Made by a program: the position numbers and the translations under genes. Under the pieces are notes generated by a model that saw only the letters and a program-made list of their open reading frames with translations, had not been told where the DNA came from and ran no database searches. DNA of 64,000 bases, from the NCBI GenBank assembly GCA_937625935.1, contig OW569344.1:558001-622000 (forward strand). Reading direction: 5' to 3'. Below, one piece after another: positions 21,618-33,300 of the stretch. This stretch comes from Tetramitus jugosus (Eukaryota; Protista; Heterolobosea). Numbering within the stretch: position 1 is the stretch's first letter; each line of letters begins with the position of its first letter.

Positions 21618-23858
21618 CTACTGATACTGCCCTCGATTGAATTTTTCAGTGCTATAATATTGAGCTTCGACTAACCGTCCACCGAACCATCTCTTATCCA
21701 ACGATGTTTTCGCTCTATGAGCAGACTCAAGATCTCTAAACAAGACAAAAATTTTGACAGCAGTCGGCAATGCATAAATGACAACTTTTTCAACGAGGCC
21801 AAACTTGCCACACTCTGTTGTCACTTCATTCTGTAACTGTGGATCCTTTTCTCCACCTGGACCCACCATATTGTTCAATAGGAGACAATTGGAGGGTGTT
21901 GCACTGTCATCGCGCAACAATTTTTGCATCACCATGTAACGCTGTGATGTTCCCTTGATGCGCAAGTCTTCTTCTGTTGATAGACTCTGTGATCGAGGTG
22001 GAGATGGATGTTGATGATGATGATGAGATGCTGTCGTCATGTTAGGATAATGTGGAACTGGTGGTTGAATGTGCATGGCAGATGGTTGATAGTACGGTGA
22101 CGCTGATACTGATGCTGATGAAGAAGGATAATATCCATAATGTTGTTGATGAGGAGCATAGTGCGCTGTTGTCATACCTTGTTGTTGCTGTTGTTGTTGC
22201 ATGCCTGCTGCTGCATAATAAGGATAGTGACCAAGGTTTGATGATGAATGCTGTTGTGGTTGTTGCTGTTGCTGCTGTTGTGGATAATAGTTCATTCTTC
22301 CCATTTGCTGAACTTGTTGTTGTCTGATTTGCATGGTGGCACTCGCAGCACCAGGCACTGCTCGATTCACCTTTAATCTCCTACCGCACAACTCAAAATT
22401 GTTCATGCCTCGAATGGCTTCTTCTGCTTGCTCTGGTGTAGCAAACTCAATGAACCCGTATCCTCTGTGCTTACCAGTCTCTGGATTCGGACTGAGATGA
22501 CACGATAGAATCGTTCCAAACGCAGTAAACACCGTAATGAGCTCCCTCTCTGTAATGTCCCAATGAATCGATCCGACATAAATCTTGTTGGCTGCACCAG
22601 CGACGACAGATGTGTTGGAATTGATTTGCGACGCGGCAGAGTGTGCTGTTTGGAGTGCACTCTGAACGTGTTGTGCATCGAGTGGCACGATAGGCTTGGA
22701 AACTCCGGGAATGTAGTGTGGCAGTATGGGCATACCTGGTACGGCATTCTTTCCTTCATTCTTGGGCCGTCCGAGTTTCAATGGACGTCCCGCGAGAATA
22801 AAACCGTTCATGTGATCAATAGCAGACTGTGCACTATCGGCATTGGAGTAATCAATGAAGCAGAAACCCTTGTGTCGTTGTGTAATGGGATCCTTGCTTG
22901 TCATCATGTTGACAATGGTACCAAAACCGGTAAACGTGCGTCGAATATCTTCCTGTGTCAATTCAAAGTGAATGTTGCCGACGTAGACTCTGCACAAGTG
23001 ATTCATTTGTGATGTGTCATCACTAAAGTTGGTACTTTGATTATTACTGTTATGACTGTTAGTGTTGTTGTTGTGGAGAGTAGTAGAATTATTACTAGGA
23101 GTGAAATGTTGTTGTTGTTGTTGTTGTTTTTGTTGTTGATGATTGATTTGTTGAGCAAATAAAAGGGCATTGTTTTGTGCAGTTGATGCCGGTGGTGCAA
23201 CAACACCTGGTGGAGATAGAAAACTTGATGGAGTTGAGTAAGGTAGTGGTGGGAGTGGTGGAGGAGGTAGTAAGGATGAATGAGCAGAAACTGGAGGTGC
23301 ACCAGTGGTAACAGTTGCTACTGGTGATGAACTAGTGGTTGCACTACTTGGAGTTACTGTTGTTGTTGTTGTAGTAGTAGTAGTAGTTGGAGCTTCACTG
23401 TTATCTTGTTGTTGTTCTTGTAGTTCTGCTGTTGTCATGCGAATTCTCTTTCGTTCATTGTCAATTTCTTGTTCCTCTGCTTCTTTTTGTGATTGTGGAT
23501 TTTGTTGTTGTTGTTGTTGTTGATAATCGCGGTCATCACTTGATGGAATAGGAGAGAGAGCTCCTGAGAATGATTGATGAGGATCTTCATTGTCATCATT
23601 GTCATCATCATCATCATTGGAAGTGAATTGTTGAAATTCTCTGGGTCGTTTCTTTGATGGAGTATTGGCCATTGTGGATTGTTGTTGTTGAAGCTTTGAT
23701 GATGTTTTCATTTCATCATCAGTTGGTGCATTATTGTTGGTTGGGTGGGAGGTTGGTGGATCTTCATCAACAGAGTGACTGGTGCCGCCTGCCACGTGAT
23801 GATTGCTGTTGTTGTTGTTATGAACAATGTGAGTGTCGTTGTCGTCCTTGTTGTTCAT
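21618..23858 (-). CDS. PUF60: Poly(U)-binding splicing factor PUF60/half pint
   Basis: RRM1 CRVYVGNIHFEL...HKGFCF...LAGRPLKLGRP, RRM2 KIYVGSIH...HRGYGF, C-terminal UHM LLNNMVGP...ECGKFG...RWFGGR. Confidence 0.93.
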   Translation of the reverse strand: MNNKDDNDTHIVHNNNNSNHHVAGGTSHSVDEDPPTSHPTNNNAPTDDEMKTSSKLQQQQSTMANTPSKKRPREFQQFTSNDDDDDNDDNEDPHQSFSGALSPIPSSDDRDYQQQQQQQNPQSQKEAEEQEIDNERKRIRMTTAELQEQQQDNSEAPTTTTTTTTTTVTPSSATTSSSPVATVTTGAPPVSAHSSLLPPPPLPPLPYSTPSSFLSPPGVVAPPASTAQNNALLFAQQINHQQQKQQQQQQHFTPSNNSTTLHNNNTNSHNSNNQSTNFSDDTSQMNHLCRVYVGNIHFELTQEDIRRTFTGFGTIVNMMTSKDPITQRHKGFCFIDYSNADSAQSAIDHMNGFILAGRPLKLGRPKNEGKNAVPGMPILPHYIPGVSKPIVPLDAQHVQSALQTAHSAASQINSNTSVVAGAANKIYVGSIHWDITERELITVFTAFGTILSCHLSPNPETGKHRGYGFIEFATPEQAEEAIRGMNNFELCGRRLKVNRAVPGAASATMQIRQQQVQQMGRMNYYPQQQQQQQPQQHSSSNLGHYPYYAAAGMQQQQQQQGMTTAHYAPHQQHYGYYPSSSASVSASPYYQPSAMHIQPPVPHYPNMTTASHHHHQHPSPPRSQSLSTEEDLRIKGTSQRYMVMQKLLRDDSATPSNCLLLNNMVGPGGEKDPQLQNEVTTECGKFGLVEKVVIYALPTAVKIFVLFRDLESAHRAKTSLDKRWFGGRLVEAQYYSTEKFNRGQYQ

Positions 23859-24349
23859 TTTGCCGTTTTTTTAATTAATTAATTTTGTGGTTTTTTGAGA
23901 GCTTTCTTCCACTTCGTTCGCTTCTGTTTGGGAACAATTGGGAACAACTGAGCTGGACAGGAACTCACTGGGATGAGATCCTCAATAGATATGAAAAGAT
24001 TGTGTCACAGACCACGAAAAGTTGTGATCCACTCCTGCACCATCCACTGCCTTTTGTTCCAAGGAGCTCACCTGTTCGGACAAACTGACTATTTTTACAA
24101 CAAACTCCGAGTTCGTGGAAGAAAAAAAACACAACAAGAATCGATTTGATTTTTTTTGTGAATAAAAAAAAATAATTACTCAAACATCAATCACATTGGT
24201 CTCTCTCTTGCAACTCCCACCAAAGAACCAAACAAACAACGCCCACCTTAACATTCTTTTTTTTTGTGAGTGAAACGCGTTTTTTTTTGCTTTGTGCACT
24301 AGAGTGATTCTTGTTTTTTGCGATTTGATCAAATTTTTATACAACAATA

Positions 24350-27169
24350 ATGAACACTGCATCCAGCCAACAACACAGTGGCAGTCATCACCACCATCAA
24401 TACCCAAAATCTGCTGCTACTAGCAGTGGTAGTGGTAATACTGGTGGCGGTGGTGCTACTGCTGCCAGTAGTGGTAGTGGTCCCAATTCAAACCGCAAAA
24501 AGAAGCATCAACAACAAGGATCCACCACCACTCCCATCACTGTTGTTTCTTCTTCTTCCGCTAGTAGTAGTAGTAGTACGCCACCAAAGGCAACTTACTC
24601 TCAGTACACTGCTTCTTCCTCATCTTCTAGCAACAACAACAACAACTCTGCTCAATCTCAGCAACAACAACAACAGCCAACAAAGAGACAAAAAACTAGC
24701 AATGCAAATGCAACAGCTACAACAGCATCAGCAACATCAGCAACTACCACTACCACCACCACTGCTACTACTACTACTCCTCAATTGGCACCTGTTCCTC
24801 AAGAGATTGAAAACAGACATCGTGATCGCGTTCTTTTTCTCTATTTGAATCTCGTGGGTCAATTGGTCGAAGTTCACACAGTGACTGGCCACGTTTATGA
24901 AGGCTTGTTTCACACGGCTCAAGCACCAGATGTCTCATTGATGAGAAAGGGTCATCAGTCCAATCGATCATACGACATTGTTCTCAAGTTGTGCAGAATC
25001 AAGAAGATTCATTCAGTTGCACCATCGAACAAGACTTTTAAGAAGAAGGCAACTGCAGCAGCAGCAGCAGCAGCTACAATGGCCAGTGTCCTTGCAAACA
25101 ATAACAACAACAACAGTAGCAACAACAACAATACGATCACTGGAGAGGAAGGTCCAGTCGAAACATTTGTCATCAACGGAAAAGACATTGTTCAATTGAG
25201 AGCAGTTGACATTACGTTTGCAACAGAGAAGCAACAGTACAGAGATGAGAGCTTTGTGACCGATACACAAATTTCAAACAGAGAATTCAAGGTCAGAGAC
25301 CTCGTTCCATGGAATTTTGACAATGGAGAGGCTCCGTTGGAGTCATTGGACGAATTGACCTCGTCTGGAAAGAGTCAAGCGAGCTCTTGGGATCAATACA
25401 AGATCAATTATCAAAAGTTTGGTGTGACTTCATCGTATGACGAAACGCTCTACACGACCAAACTGGACAGAGATTCACAATTCTATTTGCAAAAATCAGA
25501 GGAAGCAGAGCGAATTGCACGTGAGATTGAAGAATCGGATATCAAGGGAGTCGATAGCATTCACTTGTATGAGGAACGAGGCAAAGATTTGAGCAAGTAT
25601 TCTGAAGAAGATTTGTACAGCTCTGTGATCCGTCCTGATCCTGTTGAGAAGTATAAGAATGCTGCTGCTAACAACAACAACAACGGTCCAAAGAAATATG
25701 TTCCACCTCAGCAGAGACAAGGTGTTCCCACCAAGACTGCTGATGCTACTGGCTCTATTGATACTAGCAACAACCAGCATCCAGCGATGCCTCCTCTTCA
25801 ATTGAAGAAGTCTCCTCAATTGACAGCTGTTGCTGCCTCTGAAAATATTCTTATTGAACCATCTGATAAGAAGAAGTCACCTGGTTTGAGCATTGCTACA
25901 TCTTTGAGCAGAGATCGAACTGGATCAGTCGGTGATGTTCACATGGCTAAGCTATTGCCAGAAAACAGCGTTGCTGGAAGAGCAAACAGAAGCAGCTCGT
26001 TTTCCACAGGTGCTGCCATTGTCAATGGTAGTCCTACCACCGATCCAACCATGTTGCTCAAAGAGCGTATGAGAATTAGACAGGCATTGACAAGCTCTCC
26101 AGTCTCTTCACCAAGAAGATCTCCGATCGCTAGTCCTCATTCACCAAACTTGAAGAAGCTCACTAGTCCATTCGTTGGTGATGCAGAACAACTTGCTGCA
26201 TTGAGTTTGGATCCTGCTAAGCCAAAGGTATCTGAAGATGTCATTCATGATTTCTTGAATTTCTCATTGAGAGGTGGACCAAAGAACACTATTCGATCAA
26301 CTCAAAAGGAAGACTTTTTGAGCTTTAGTAAGAGAATGTCAACCGTTATCAAGGATAAGCCTATGTCTCCTGTCACTATTGCCAGCCCAGTCACTTCCTC
26401 CGGTGCTGAATCAGCTCCTACCACTCAACCAAAGAAGGGTACCATTTTGTCCAACATTCAAGAAAGAACAAAATTTGTCGAGCAACCTAAGCCAAATGAG
26501 GGCGAGAAGAAACCTATTACAATCACCAAGCCAGCTGACACAACCGCAAAGAAGGAGACTAAATTGAACCCTAATGCTCCTGTCTTCAAGTTCAATCCAA
26601 AGGCTGTGGCCTTCAACCCATCTGCCCCTGCTGCTACCACTACCCCACCAGCAGCTACAACTGCACCTGTATCTAGTACTGTATATGTGGCAAGCTCTCA
26701 GGCACCCGTACAACCAACCTGGGCTAAACCAATCTTCACACCTGCATTCCAAGCATCTGGTTGGAGCAACCCCAAGGTTAATATTGCCACATCAATCCAA
26801 TCCGTGTATTCATCAAACTACAGAAAGAGAATACTAGAGGGTAAGCATGAGCCATCCCGAACAGTAAGTCACACGTGGACTGGCGGTAAGAGACAATCGT
26901 ACAAACAACCAGAGGAGTTCGATATGCCAATGGTTCAGACAATCCCGCCAATGCCTCATTTCGGATATGGCCACGTAATGTATCAACCACCAATGCCCCC
27001 TTCATTTGCTCAACCATATGTCAACCGACCTGGCAACTATCCACCCTATCAATATCAACAACCATATGGTGGTCGAGGAGGAGCAATGCCATATCAGTAC
27101 TCGACACCTCCAACACCTCAAACTCATCATCAAACACCACCCAGTGGAAACAGAGGCACCCCACAATAA
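24350..27169 (+). CDS. ATXN2: Ataxin-2/Pbp1 homolog
   Basis: LSm (LVGQLVEV...YEGLFHT), FVTDTQIS, LsmAD (FGVTSSYDETLYTTKLD...AERIAREIE...EEDLYSSV) and PAM2-like KLNPNAPVFKFNPKAVAFNP. Confidence 0.92.
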   Translation: MNTASSQQHSGSHHHHQYPKSAATSSGSGNTGGGGATAASSGSGPNSNRKKKHQQQGSTTTPITVVSSSSASSSSSTPPKATYSQYTASSSSSSNNNNNSAQSQQQQQQPTKRQKTSNANATATTASATSATTTTTTTATTTTPQLAPVPQEIENRHRDRVLFLYLNLVGQLVEVHTVTGHVYEGLFHTAQAPDVSLMRKGHQSNRSYDIVLKLCRIKKIHSVAPSNKTFKKKATAAAAAAATMASVLANNNNNNSSNNNNTITGEEGPVETFVINGKDIVQLRAVDITFATEKQQYRDESFVTDTQISNREFKVRDLVPWNFDNGEAPLESLDELTSSGKSQASSWDQYKINYQKFGVTSSYDETLYTTKLDRDSQFYLQKSEEAERIAREIEESDIKGVDSIHLYEERGKDLSKYSEEDLYSSVIRPDPVEKYKNAAANNNNNGPKKYVPPQQRQGVPTKTADATGSIDTSNNQHPAMPPLQLKKSPQLTAVAASENILIEPSDKKKSPGLSIATSLSRDRTGSVGDVHMAKLLPENSVAGRANRSSSFSTGAAIVNGSPTTDPTMLLKERMRIRQALTSSPVSSPRRSPIASPHSPNLKKLTSPFVGDAEQLAALSLDPAKPKVSEDVIHDFLNFSLRGGPKNTIRSTQKEDFLSFSKRMSTVIKDKPMSPVTIASPVTSSGAESAPTTQPKKGTILSNIQERTKFVEQPKPNEGEKKPITITKPADTTAKKETKLNPNAPVFKFNPKAVAFNPSAPAATTTPPAATTAPVSSTVYVASSQAPVQPTWAKPIFTPAFQASGWSNPKVNIATSIQSVYSSNYRKRILEGKHEPSRTVSHTWTGGKRQSYKQPEEFDMPMVQTIPPMPHFGYGHVMYQPPMPPSFAQPYVNRPGNYPPYQYQQPYGGRGGAMPYQYSTPPTPQTHHQTPPSGNRGTPQ

Positions 27170-27311
27170 ACTTATTGCCACTTCTCGTTTACCTGTCAGT
27201 TGTTGCTTTCAATATCTTCCTTGCATGACTCTCTAGTCCCACTTTGAGTTGAAGGATGTTGTAAAATGTGAAATTAAATGTTTTTAAGATTATCTTTTAT
27301 TGTTGTTTACA

Positions 27312-30300
27312 CTAATCGTTCTTCACAACTCTCACCTTGTCTGTGGCTGAGCGACCAAATACCTCTGGACTGTACATCTCCTCTGCGTGAGCTGGTGGAA
27401 CAACAAAGTCTCCAATAGAAGTAGCTCTACAAACGTAGCTGTACTTGTGAACACCTTCCCACAAGAGTGAAGAAAATGCCTCGACACGTTCATCTCTCAA
27501 ATTCTGATGCTCATACCAGACTGATCTCCACCACCAGCAGAAGCCACGACCACGGCGTGCACCTCCCTCATTGTCTTCACTACTGGCAGCAGGTATGGTT
27601 CCAGTTGTCTTCAAATCAGGGTTCAACACTTCGAGTCCAGCAGGCAACTTGTCTACAAGAGCGACATGATATCTTCTGCTAGCGTTGCACAGTGTGATGC
27701 GTACTCTGACGAGTTCTCCTGCCTTGAACTCCCATGATCCATCTTCATTCTTCTTGACATGACTCTGATCCGTTACTGACTCATATGTCCTCTCGACAGT
27801 GAATCCACAGTCCAATGGATCAACGGAGAGATTTCTTGGTGCATAGGTGAGACCGATTCGATAGTACATGCGTCCGTCTCCCTTCTTGTGCATAATGAGA
27901 TCCTTGCGATTATTGTTCGACGATTGTGATTCTTGTGCAGGAGCAGTCATGAGATGCTTCATTGGAATGTTCAACAGGTTTTGTTCGGTGCTTCTGCCAA
28001 CATATTCTTGATGACCAGCATACTGCTTATCGATCCACATGTCGAGTGTAAAGTTTGGTGTCTTGGCTTCGTAGATGCCAAAGTACTTGTGCAGTGCAAT
28101 GAGGCAGAAAACGTTCTCTTGTGTAGATGACCAACGTCCCTTCTTCCTGTGAGCCAACAGTCCCTTGACAACTTTGACGACAAGTGAGTTGGTAGGATCC
28201 ACTGACATTAGAACATCTAGTATGACTGCATCTGTTCTTCTGCTCGAGTGAAGCATGACCAACTTTCTAGTTTGATTGTCACCGTAGCTCGTTACGAAAT
28301 TGGCAGTCTCGGCTGTTTCGTTCACTCTGTTCATCAAATGTTTGAATATGGTGTCCACAATGGCCTTATTCTCACCATTGTTGTTCTTGTTGTTGAATAG
28401 GACAAATGCGACCCATGCAAGACCTTCCATGGACAGTGAGCTCTTGGTCAACTCTCTCGTGATTCCACCACATTCTTTCCACAGTTTGAGAGCCAGTGGA
28501 ACTGCTTGGTCATCACCGAGCAACGACAACACATAATATGCATAACTTCTCACAGCTCTCTTGCTCTCCTCCGTGTAATAGGTTTCATTCATGAAGTTCT
28601 CAATCGTTCTCAGAGCTGTCTTGGAGCGCGAAAGGGAAGCATACGTCACAGGATGACCAGCCATTATACATCTGGCAAAACAGTGAGCGACATGAACAGT
28701 CACGTAGGCAGAAACTCTCGATTCACTCTTCCAGAATCCATAGGCACCACTCGAGTGTTGATTTTTGTACAGCTCGTCCAATCCACTCTTCACCATATCC
28801 TGCAGTTTATCCGCTGAAGGTAGAGTGGCAATCTTAAATGCAGAGAGTACCTCACCCAGTGTAACAATCGACATGATCTTGCTAGCAATTTGCTCATTGC
28901 AAGAAAATTGATAATCAACGAGATAGATGAACGCATCAGTCAATGATTGAAGCGCTGTGCTACTCGTGGTAATCTGTAGTCCACCAAACTGTGAATAGGC
29001 ATCACTTGGTGGTTCAATTGGTTGATAGACACTCTCATTCGTGCCATCAATCTCACCATAGGTAGCAAATGCTTCCGAGGTGGCAGGTGTGTAAACAGGT
29101 ACCTTCTTCTCTACGGCATCACAGAATGAGGCACCAGAAACAGTTGTGGCACCAATTTGGAAACAAGCCTCTCCTGTGCATTCAGCCTTCATTGGATAGG
29201 ACAACTCAGTTCGTCCCATAGCTGGCATCTTAATCTTAAGTCCTGCTTTTTCAGCGCACTCGAGGCTCAAATGGTTCGAATACTGGATGGCGACGTGCAT
29301 CTCAATTGGACTCGTGGTTTGATTCTGGATCACACAAGAGAATTGTGCTTCATCACCAAAGTTCAAGAATCGAGGCAAAGAAGGTCGAATCGACACTGGC
29401 AATTGTGCTACGATTGAACTGTCACCCAAACCAAACATGTCAGCGCCGTGAACAGCAACTGCAGTTACACGATATCGTGTGAGACTGTCCGGCAAGGTGA
29501 AAGATGCCTTTGCAACTCCATTTTCATCAGTGTTGACTACTGGCGCAAAGAATGCCAATGGGTTAAAGTTGGATCGAACAGCAATTTGTGGCTGTTCACC
29601 TGTACTAGATCCACCTGCAGAATCGCTTGCTGAGCTTACCATATCCATCATCATGGCAGATCTTGCTCTCGGTGCGGCGTTTGCCAACTTGCTAAAACGA
29701 GCCGCACCGAACGTACCGCCTCTGCCACCACCGCCAACACTACCACGCTTCAACATTCCACCAAATGCTTGGTTGGAAAGAACAAGCTCTTCTTCCTCTT
29801 GAACTTGAATGTTGTCCCAGTTCTTGACGAGAACGAGACGTCTCGATGGCGAATGAATCGTGTTACTGTTATGTCTCACATAGAACGTGGAAAGTGGTAC
29901 TTGAATCGAATAGCCAATAAGACTGAGAACAGCCTCATCGACAACCACAAGAGTCACCTCACTATTACTCAATGACTTACCATTGACATCAGTCACAAGT
30001 ACTTCCACCTCTGTTGTTTCACCAGGTGTTACACTGGAGCTCTTTGGTGTGACCTGGCACTTGATTTCATGTCTCGTAGGAGGAATATCGAGAGAAAGAC
30101 TACCTACGGCATAAGCAGGTCTCTTTGGTACAGTATTATCATTAGAACTGCTGGACTTGATCACTCGTCCTGACTGGTCTGCACGATCACTCTGACCAAC
30201 AACATAGACACCAATGTTTACATTGGGTGTGTATTCATCACGGATTGGAACAGTCAACTCGGTACAGTTGACACCAGAACCAATCGAGAAACGTTCCTTG

Positions 30301-33300
30301 AACATAATACCGGAACATTGGACAAAATAGAAGCCCTCGGCTGGTCCTTCGAACGGCGCCTGAACAAATAGTTTGGCTTCTTCACCTGGTTGATAGGATT
30401 CCTTATCAGGGATAATTGTGATAGTCTCTGATGTTACTCTTGAAGTGTTACTATCGAGACTCTCTCCACCATAGACAGAAACATCAACAGCGGTAGAGTT
30501 ATGTAGACCGTTTTGATCCTCAATTTGGAATGTGAGCTTATAGTTGCCTCCCTTGCTGAATTGAACAGTGTGCGACACGGGTTGCAATTGAGATGCAATG
30601 GTTGATCGGAATACTTCGACTTCATTCTCCGTGTACGAGTATCCATGTCTCACTCTCTCCGTAGTAGTAGCTGTCAATACAATGTTGACATTGGGTCTCG
30701 GCTTTCCATCAATATTGGTCACAATCAGATCCAGATCAAAATTCACATTGGGCTTCACAAATTGCTTCTTGGTTCTGACACCAACATAGAAGCTCGATGG
30801 ATGCACAATGAACGAAGCAGAGGAATTGATTGTCTGTCTGTTAATATCTTGAACAGATGCTTCACTTGTGATGGTGACTGGTTGTTTCACTTTTCTTGCA
30901 GTTTCCTTGAATTCGATGCATACTTGGTGCTGTCCATCAGCATCAGTCTTGCCAGCGAAGGATACTGGTGATGGTTGTTGTTGTTCATTTCCAGAGCTTC
31001 TCATGAACGGATAGTAGCTATACCAGAATGGAGGTGAGTACTGGAATTTGAATTTGCTCCAACCAGGTGGTGTATAGGTACTGGTGGCCTGAGTGACTGT
31101 GTAGTCGACTGAGGCGTCATTCAGTCCTCCACCACTGTAGTATGATGCATTCGTGGTCACTACAGCAGAATCGTTGACGATGTAGTGCGATGGAGGAACA
31201 CTGGATGTTACAGAATACTCTGGTGTTCTGAATTCAAGCACTTGGAACGAACAGGTTGAAACATAATTCGCACTATATCGTACCTCAATGTTACATGATC
31301 CAAGATTCATGTTGTCTGGCAAGGTGTATTGGAATGTGAATGCACCGCAACCAGTAATCTGAGCCTTTCCTGTTGCAATCTCTTGATATCGTCCGTCTCT
31401 AATCGTATAGGAGAGTGAATGACCGACAGTCGGGTTCTTGAGTGTGTAGGTTGATCCTTCATTGGTACGAATGATTTCTCTTGCAAATCCCTTGACGTGC
31501 ATTGTCTCCTTTGGCTTGTACAGTCCTCTATCAGTAAACATGTTCATGGCGACAGAATCAGTGTAATTATAAGCCTCATTAATATCGGTGACAAACACTA
31601 CATCATTGCCCTTGCGACACACGAGTGGAACTTCATAGGAAGAAACCTTGGCCTTCATCTGAACCACGCCATTCTCATCTGTCTCATCCGACTCAATGCC
31701 CTGATAATTGAACTTTGCACCTTGTACCGATGATCCATCAATCAACGAATTGGCCCAACAGATCTTGTTTGAATGACTTGTACTGAAGCAGTCGATGGCC
31801 ATGTTTGTCGCTTGAATCCATGTAATGTGACAAGGATCAGTTGAATAGTAGCTACTACTATTGCTCTTCCACGTTCCCTGTGTGGGTGTGACAGCAATCA
31901 ACAACTGACCCAATCTTTCACGAGGGAACTGCAAATAAGGCAATAGATTGATCACAGTCTCAGTCGGTTCATCTGGCTGAGGTGATTCCACAGTGATATC
32001 TCCACTGAAGACAACTGTACCGGGCAAAGTCGGTAATTGCTGTTCTTTGCGCTGATGCTGATAAAACAGATTGGATTTGTACATGCTTGGATCAACTTGA
32101 GACACTATCAAGTGGAAACTGGGCAAATTGACTGTGACGACAGAGTGCTGTGGAGGTTCATGAGCAGCAATCATTGGGTCCAAAATGACCAGATTGGTTT
32201 GGAAGACGGAGAGCAATTGTGCAGCAGGACCGACTCTAAATTTTAATTCGGTCCACTTTTCCTGCGTTGTTTCATCTGTTGTATTGGTCATTTGTGGAGT
32301 GTCCTGTAGCAATTGGCCATAAATGTCCTTCAATCGATGAGACACAGATACAGTGTACAGTGTTCTGCCCTTGGAACGACCAGAGATGCTCAATGTGTTT
32401 CCACTTGGGTTCAATTTGATTTGTGGCAATGGTGGATCTACACGGATCATGTCATCACTCAATGACTCAAGATCAATATCATTGGAGAAACGAATGCTCC
32501 ATGCTTGCAATGGCAACAGTTTCGATTGGTTCGGATCTGGCTTGATTTGGAATGGTGGATAGTTTTGAATTGGGATCTCAAACTTTTTCGTAGTACTGGT
32601 CAATGGACCTTCCTTGGATGGCAAATTAGGTCCAACTTGAATGGTGAATCGATCACCTGATGCAAACGGAACACGGTCGTTGGTATTCGTAGCCACCAAT
32701 TGTATCTTGAACCACAAGTGTCTGGATTCCTTATCGGCCGATGACAACAGCTTGGTCTCATACGACGATTGATACTTTTGAGCCAACACCTTTCCATTGG
32801 AAGAAGCAGAGAAAATGTCATCCAACTGTTGTTTGACTTGATCACGAGTCAACAATTGGAATTGAACACGATATTGATCTCTTACGATCTTGCAAGACAC
32901 ATGATCGAGCACTCGACTGGCATCCACCTCTTGATCGAACTCCAAAAAACCAATAGGAAGTTCATTAAGTGGATGAACAGAGTTTGGGAATGGCAATCGA
33001 TCAATCAATTGAACAGTAGGTGTCTCAATCGTAAATGATACTGCAGCAGACAATGGCCTCACTACATGATTACTAATGACTACGCTCTGTTTGCCCTGAG
33101 GGATCGTAATGATGAAACGAGTGGATTTTGGTAGTTGATACTCTGGTTCAAATGTGACAGTCTTTGTGCCCAACCAACGGAATCTACCCTTCAAATTTAC
33201 AACAGGAGCAGTAGAGTCCTTTTGTGGTTGATCAACCTCAATCTGGAATGGATACTCAATATCGCTATTCTTGTTATTGTAATCATAAGGGATAATCATA